DNA of 64,000 nucleotides, from assembly GCA_965216755.1 (NCBI GenBank), contig CBDCGL010000011.1:2432001-2496000 (forward strand), read 5' to 3'. Position numbers and translations under genes: made by a program. The notes under the pieces are model-generated. The model had not been told where the DNA came from and ran no database searches. It saw nothing but the letters and a program-made list of their open reading frames with translations. This document shows positions 61,390 to 64,000 of this stretch, piece after piece. Numbering within the stretch: position 1 is the stretch's first letter; each line of letters opens with the position of its first letter. Source of the DNA: Alphaproteobacteria bacterium (GTDB lineage: Bacteria; Pseudomonadota; Alphaproteobacteria; UBA7887).

Positions 61390-62762
61390 ACGGCCTTTTT
61401 CAAATGATAGGATTTCGGCCGGGTCAGCGTTTGATAGCCGATCACCGATAACGCACCGCCGCGGCCGGTATCCTTGCAGCCGGTCCAACACAAGCCGGGA
61501 TCCAGATAATCGGCCCGATTCATAAAAATCGTCCCGGCTTGAATCCGGGCGCCGAGCGTCGCCGCCCGCGCCGCGTCATGTGTCCACAGCGAGGCCGTCA
61601 AACCAAAGGCGCTGTCATTCATCAATTCGATCGCCTGCGCATCATTGTCAACCTTCATAATGCCGACGACAGGGCCGAAGCTCTCGTCGCGCATGACCCG
61701 CATGGCGTGGTCGACATCAACCAGAATTTGCGGCCCCACATAGGCGCCCCCGTCATCGGCGGGAAACAGGGACGCGTCGATCAGCGGCGTCGCCCCGGCA
61801 GCCACTGCTTCGGCAATTTGCGCCCGCACCTCAGCGGCAAAGCGGGGATGCGCCATCGGCCCCAATGTCGTCGCCGGATCCAAGGGATTGCCCAACACAA
61901 AATCGGAAACGATCGCGACCGCCCTTTCAACAAACGCATCGTAAAGCGCGGCCGCAACGTAAATCCGCTCGATCGCGCAGCAACATTGCCCGGAATTGTA
62001 CATGGCCGCGTCGACCAGCGTGTCGGCGGCCGCATCGACATCGGCGTCGGCCATCACATAACCGGGATCCTTACCACCCAGCTCCAGCCCCAGGCCGGTG
62101 AAGGTGCCCGCCGCCGCCCGTTCGATGGCGCGGCCACCGGCGACGGAGCCGGTGAAGTTGACGAAATCGAAATGTCGCCCGGCGATCAACGCGGTCGTGG
62201 TGTCGTGATCCAAAAAAATATTCTGAAACACATCGGGTGGAATGCCGGCTTCGGTAAGGGCGCGCACCATACGTTCGCCGACCAACAAAGTTTGGCTGGC
62301 CGGTTTCAGCAACACCGCGTTGCCGGCAATCAAGGCCGGGGCCACGGTATTGATGGCGGTGAGATATGGATAGTTCCAGGGCGCAATCACCAGCACGACG
62401 CCATGTGGCTCGCGCACAATGCGTCGTTCGAATGCCGCCGAGTCCTCGATCACCAGCGGCCTCAGGGCACCCTCGGCGATATCGGCCATATATGTTGCAC
62501 GCTCGGCAACGCCGCCGAACTCGCCGCCATAACGTATTGGGCGGCCCATCATGCGCGCCAGTTCCGGCACCACATCGTCATTCATGGCACCCAAACGATC
62601 AACGCCGGCGCGCACCAGCGCGATACGCTCGGCGAGCGGGCGGGCGGCCCAATCCCGTTGGCCGCGACGCGCCAGAGCGATGGCGGCATCGGCGTCCGCC
62701 GCCGTCGCCGGCACGCGTTCCGCGACCACGCTGCCGTCAATCGGTGAAATGCAGCGGATCAT
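61386..62762 (-). CDS. Aldehyde dehydrogenase
   Basis: PWNYP, FTGS, LELGGKDP, NSGQCCC, ESFGP. Confidence 0.96.
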   Translation of the reverse strand: MIRCISPIDGSVVAERVPATAADADAAIALARRGQRDWAARPLAERIALVRAGVDRLGAMNDDVVPELARMMGRPIRYGGEFGGVAERATYMADIAEGALRPLVIEDSAAFERRIVREPHGVVLVIAPWNYPYLTAINTVAPALIAGNAVLLKPASQTLLVGERMVRALTEAGIPPDVFQNIFLDHDTTTALIAGRHFDFVNFTGSVAGGRAIERAAAGTFTGLGLELGGKDPGYVMADADVDAAADTLVDAAMYNSGQCCCAIERIYVAAALYDAFVERAVAIVSDFVLGNPLDPATTLGPMAHPRFAAEVRAQIAEAVAAGATPLIDASLFPADDGGAYVGPQILVDVDHAMRVMRDESFGPVVGIMKVDNDAQAIELMNDSAFGLTASLWTHDAARAATLGARIQAGTIFMNRADYLDPGLCWTGCKDTGRGGALSVIGYQTLTRPKSYHLKKAV

Positions 62763-62783
62763 GCGGTCACTCTCCGTTGCGGT

Positions 62784-64000
62784 TTACGCCCGTTCGAATC
62801 CGCGTGCCAGATCCCAGTCGGTCACATGGCGGTCGGACTCAGATTGCTCCCACTTCGCCGCGTGCACATAGTGATCGATGACAGCGTCGCCGAACGCCGC
62901 GCGCAGCATGGTCGAACAATCCAAAGCGGCGGTCGCGGCACGCAGCGTCGCTGGAATCTCAGGCACACCGGCACTTGTATAGGCGTCACCGACAAAAGCC
63001 GGGCCCAACGCCATCTTGTTCTCGATACCGTCCAACCCCGCCGCCAGCAATGCCGCCATGGCCAAATGGGCATTGAGGTCGGCGCCACCGATCCGACATT
63101 CGACGCGCACCGCCGGTGTGTCGACGCCGCAAATGCGAAAGCCGGCGGTGCGGTTGTCCAGGCTCCACACCGTCTTGGTGGGCGCAAATGTGCCGACGGC
63201 AAAGCGTTTGTAGGAATTGACGTAGGGCGCCAAGAAATAGGTGATCGCGTCGGCATGATGAAGCAGGCCGGCCAGATAATGACCCATCAGCGCCGACATG
63301 CCGTGCGCGGCCTTGGCATCGTAGAACAGCGGCGCACCATCCGGCGCCGCCAGCGATTGGTGAATGTGGCACGAATTGCCGGCCGCCCGGCTGCTCCATT
63401 TGGCCATGAAACTTAGCGCATGGCCTTTAGCCCAAGCAATTTCCTTGCACGCGTTCTTGATGATCGCGTGGCGGTCGGCCATGGTCAGCGCATCGGCGTA
63501 GCGGACATTGATTTCTTCCTGCCCGGCATCGGCCTCGCCCTTGGTGTTCTCCACCGGCACATCGGCACCTTGCAGACCGACGCGGATCGCGCGCATCACC
63601 GCTTCTTCCTTGGTGGTTTGGAAGATGTGGTAATCCTCGTTATAGGCGCTGATCGGTGTCAGACTGCGATGGTCGCTCTGCTGCGCCTCCTCGTAGCTTT
63701 CGCGAAACAGAAAGAACTCCAGCTCCGACGCCATCAGTGGCTTCATTTGTACAGCCGCCAGGCGCGCGATCTGTTTCTTCAAAATCGCGCGCGGCGCGTG
63801 CGCCACCTCGTCATGGCTATGATGGTCCAACACGTCACACAGCACCAGCGCTGTGCCCTCCAGCCACGGCACCCGGCGCAGCGTTTCCATGTCGGCCTTC
63901 ATGATGTAGTCGCCGTAGCCGGCCGCCCAGCTGGTCGACTTGTAACCATCTACCGTGAACATCTCCATATCGGTCGCAAGCAAATAGTTGCAGCTGTGGG
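62784..64000 (-). CDS. Glutamine synthetase family gamma-glutamylating enzyme (5' end outside the window)
   Basis: SELEF, KGEA..GQEEIN, FMAK...GNSCHIHQS, NSYKRF, DNRT, ECRIGGADLN. Confidence 0.93.
   Translation of the reverse strand, partial: HSCNYLLATDMEMFTVDGYKSTSWAAGYGDYIMKADMETLRRVPWLEGTALVLCDVLDHHSHDEVAHAPRAILKKQIARLAAVQMKPLMASELEFFLFRESYEEAQQSDHRSLTPISAYNEDYHIFQTTKEEAVMRAIRVGLQGADVPVENTKGEADAGQEEINVRYADALTMADRHAIIKNACKEIAWAKGHALSFMAKWSSRAAGNSCHIHQSLAAPDGAPLFYDAKAAHGMSALMGHYLAGLLHHADAITYFLAPYVNSYKRFAVGTFAPTKTVWSLDNRTAGFRICGVDTPAVRVECRIGGADLNAHLAMAALLAAGLDGIENKMALGPAFVGDAYTSAGVPEIPATLRAATAALDCSTMLRAAFGDAVIDHYVHAAKWEQSESDRHVTDWDLARGFERA

Noticed and set aside
61539-62747. 402-aa plus-strand ORF
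   Set aside because: Antisense shadow of the aldehyde dehydrogenase.

Overview
A GC-rich (roughly 60% by eye) window that looks alphaproteobacterial. It is a mosaic of catabolic and accessory genes with many eroded remnants. Left to right: a cold-adaptation cluster (fatty-acid desaturase, small ORF, cspA); an island with a methyltransferase, an oxidoreductase, an IS3 remnant and a dead tyrosine recombinase; catabolic enzymes (Tat ABC solute-binding protein, enolase-superfamily dehydratase, GMC oxidoreductase, amidohydrolase, LarA-like protein); a MITE-like element and a run of small accessory genes (MerF, GDCCVxC, TfoX, AAA_33, EamA, OYE); and a PQQ dehydrogenase with a lanthanide-type DxD motif. 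A co-oriented minus-strand block at 25925-36300 follows. It holds a DABA transaminase, a Pls/PosA-type membrane NRPS, an S41 peptidase, and a four-gene secreted module: two small Asn/Gly/Val-rich repeat proteins, a small two-Cys secreted protein and a CsgG/HfaB-like lipoprotein. That module is the best candidate for an undescribed functional-amyloid or surface-fibre secretion system. Further right are hppD, a TRAP solute-binding protein, SDRs, a Bat/Mxa-like vWA-TPR operon lacking its MoxR, a BVMO and a deacylase. The window ends with a complete type II-C CRISPR-Cas9 locus (tracrRNA, cas9, cas1, cas2, 9 repeats and 8 spacers) and a GS-family/ALDH/Fe-ADH gamma-glutamylation operon. All family calls come from motif recognition by eye; no database searches were run.
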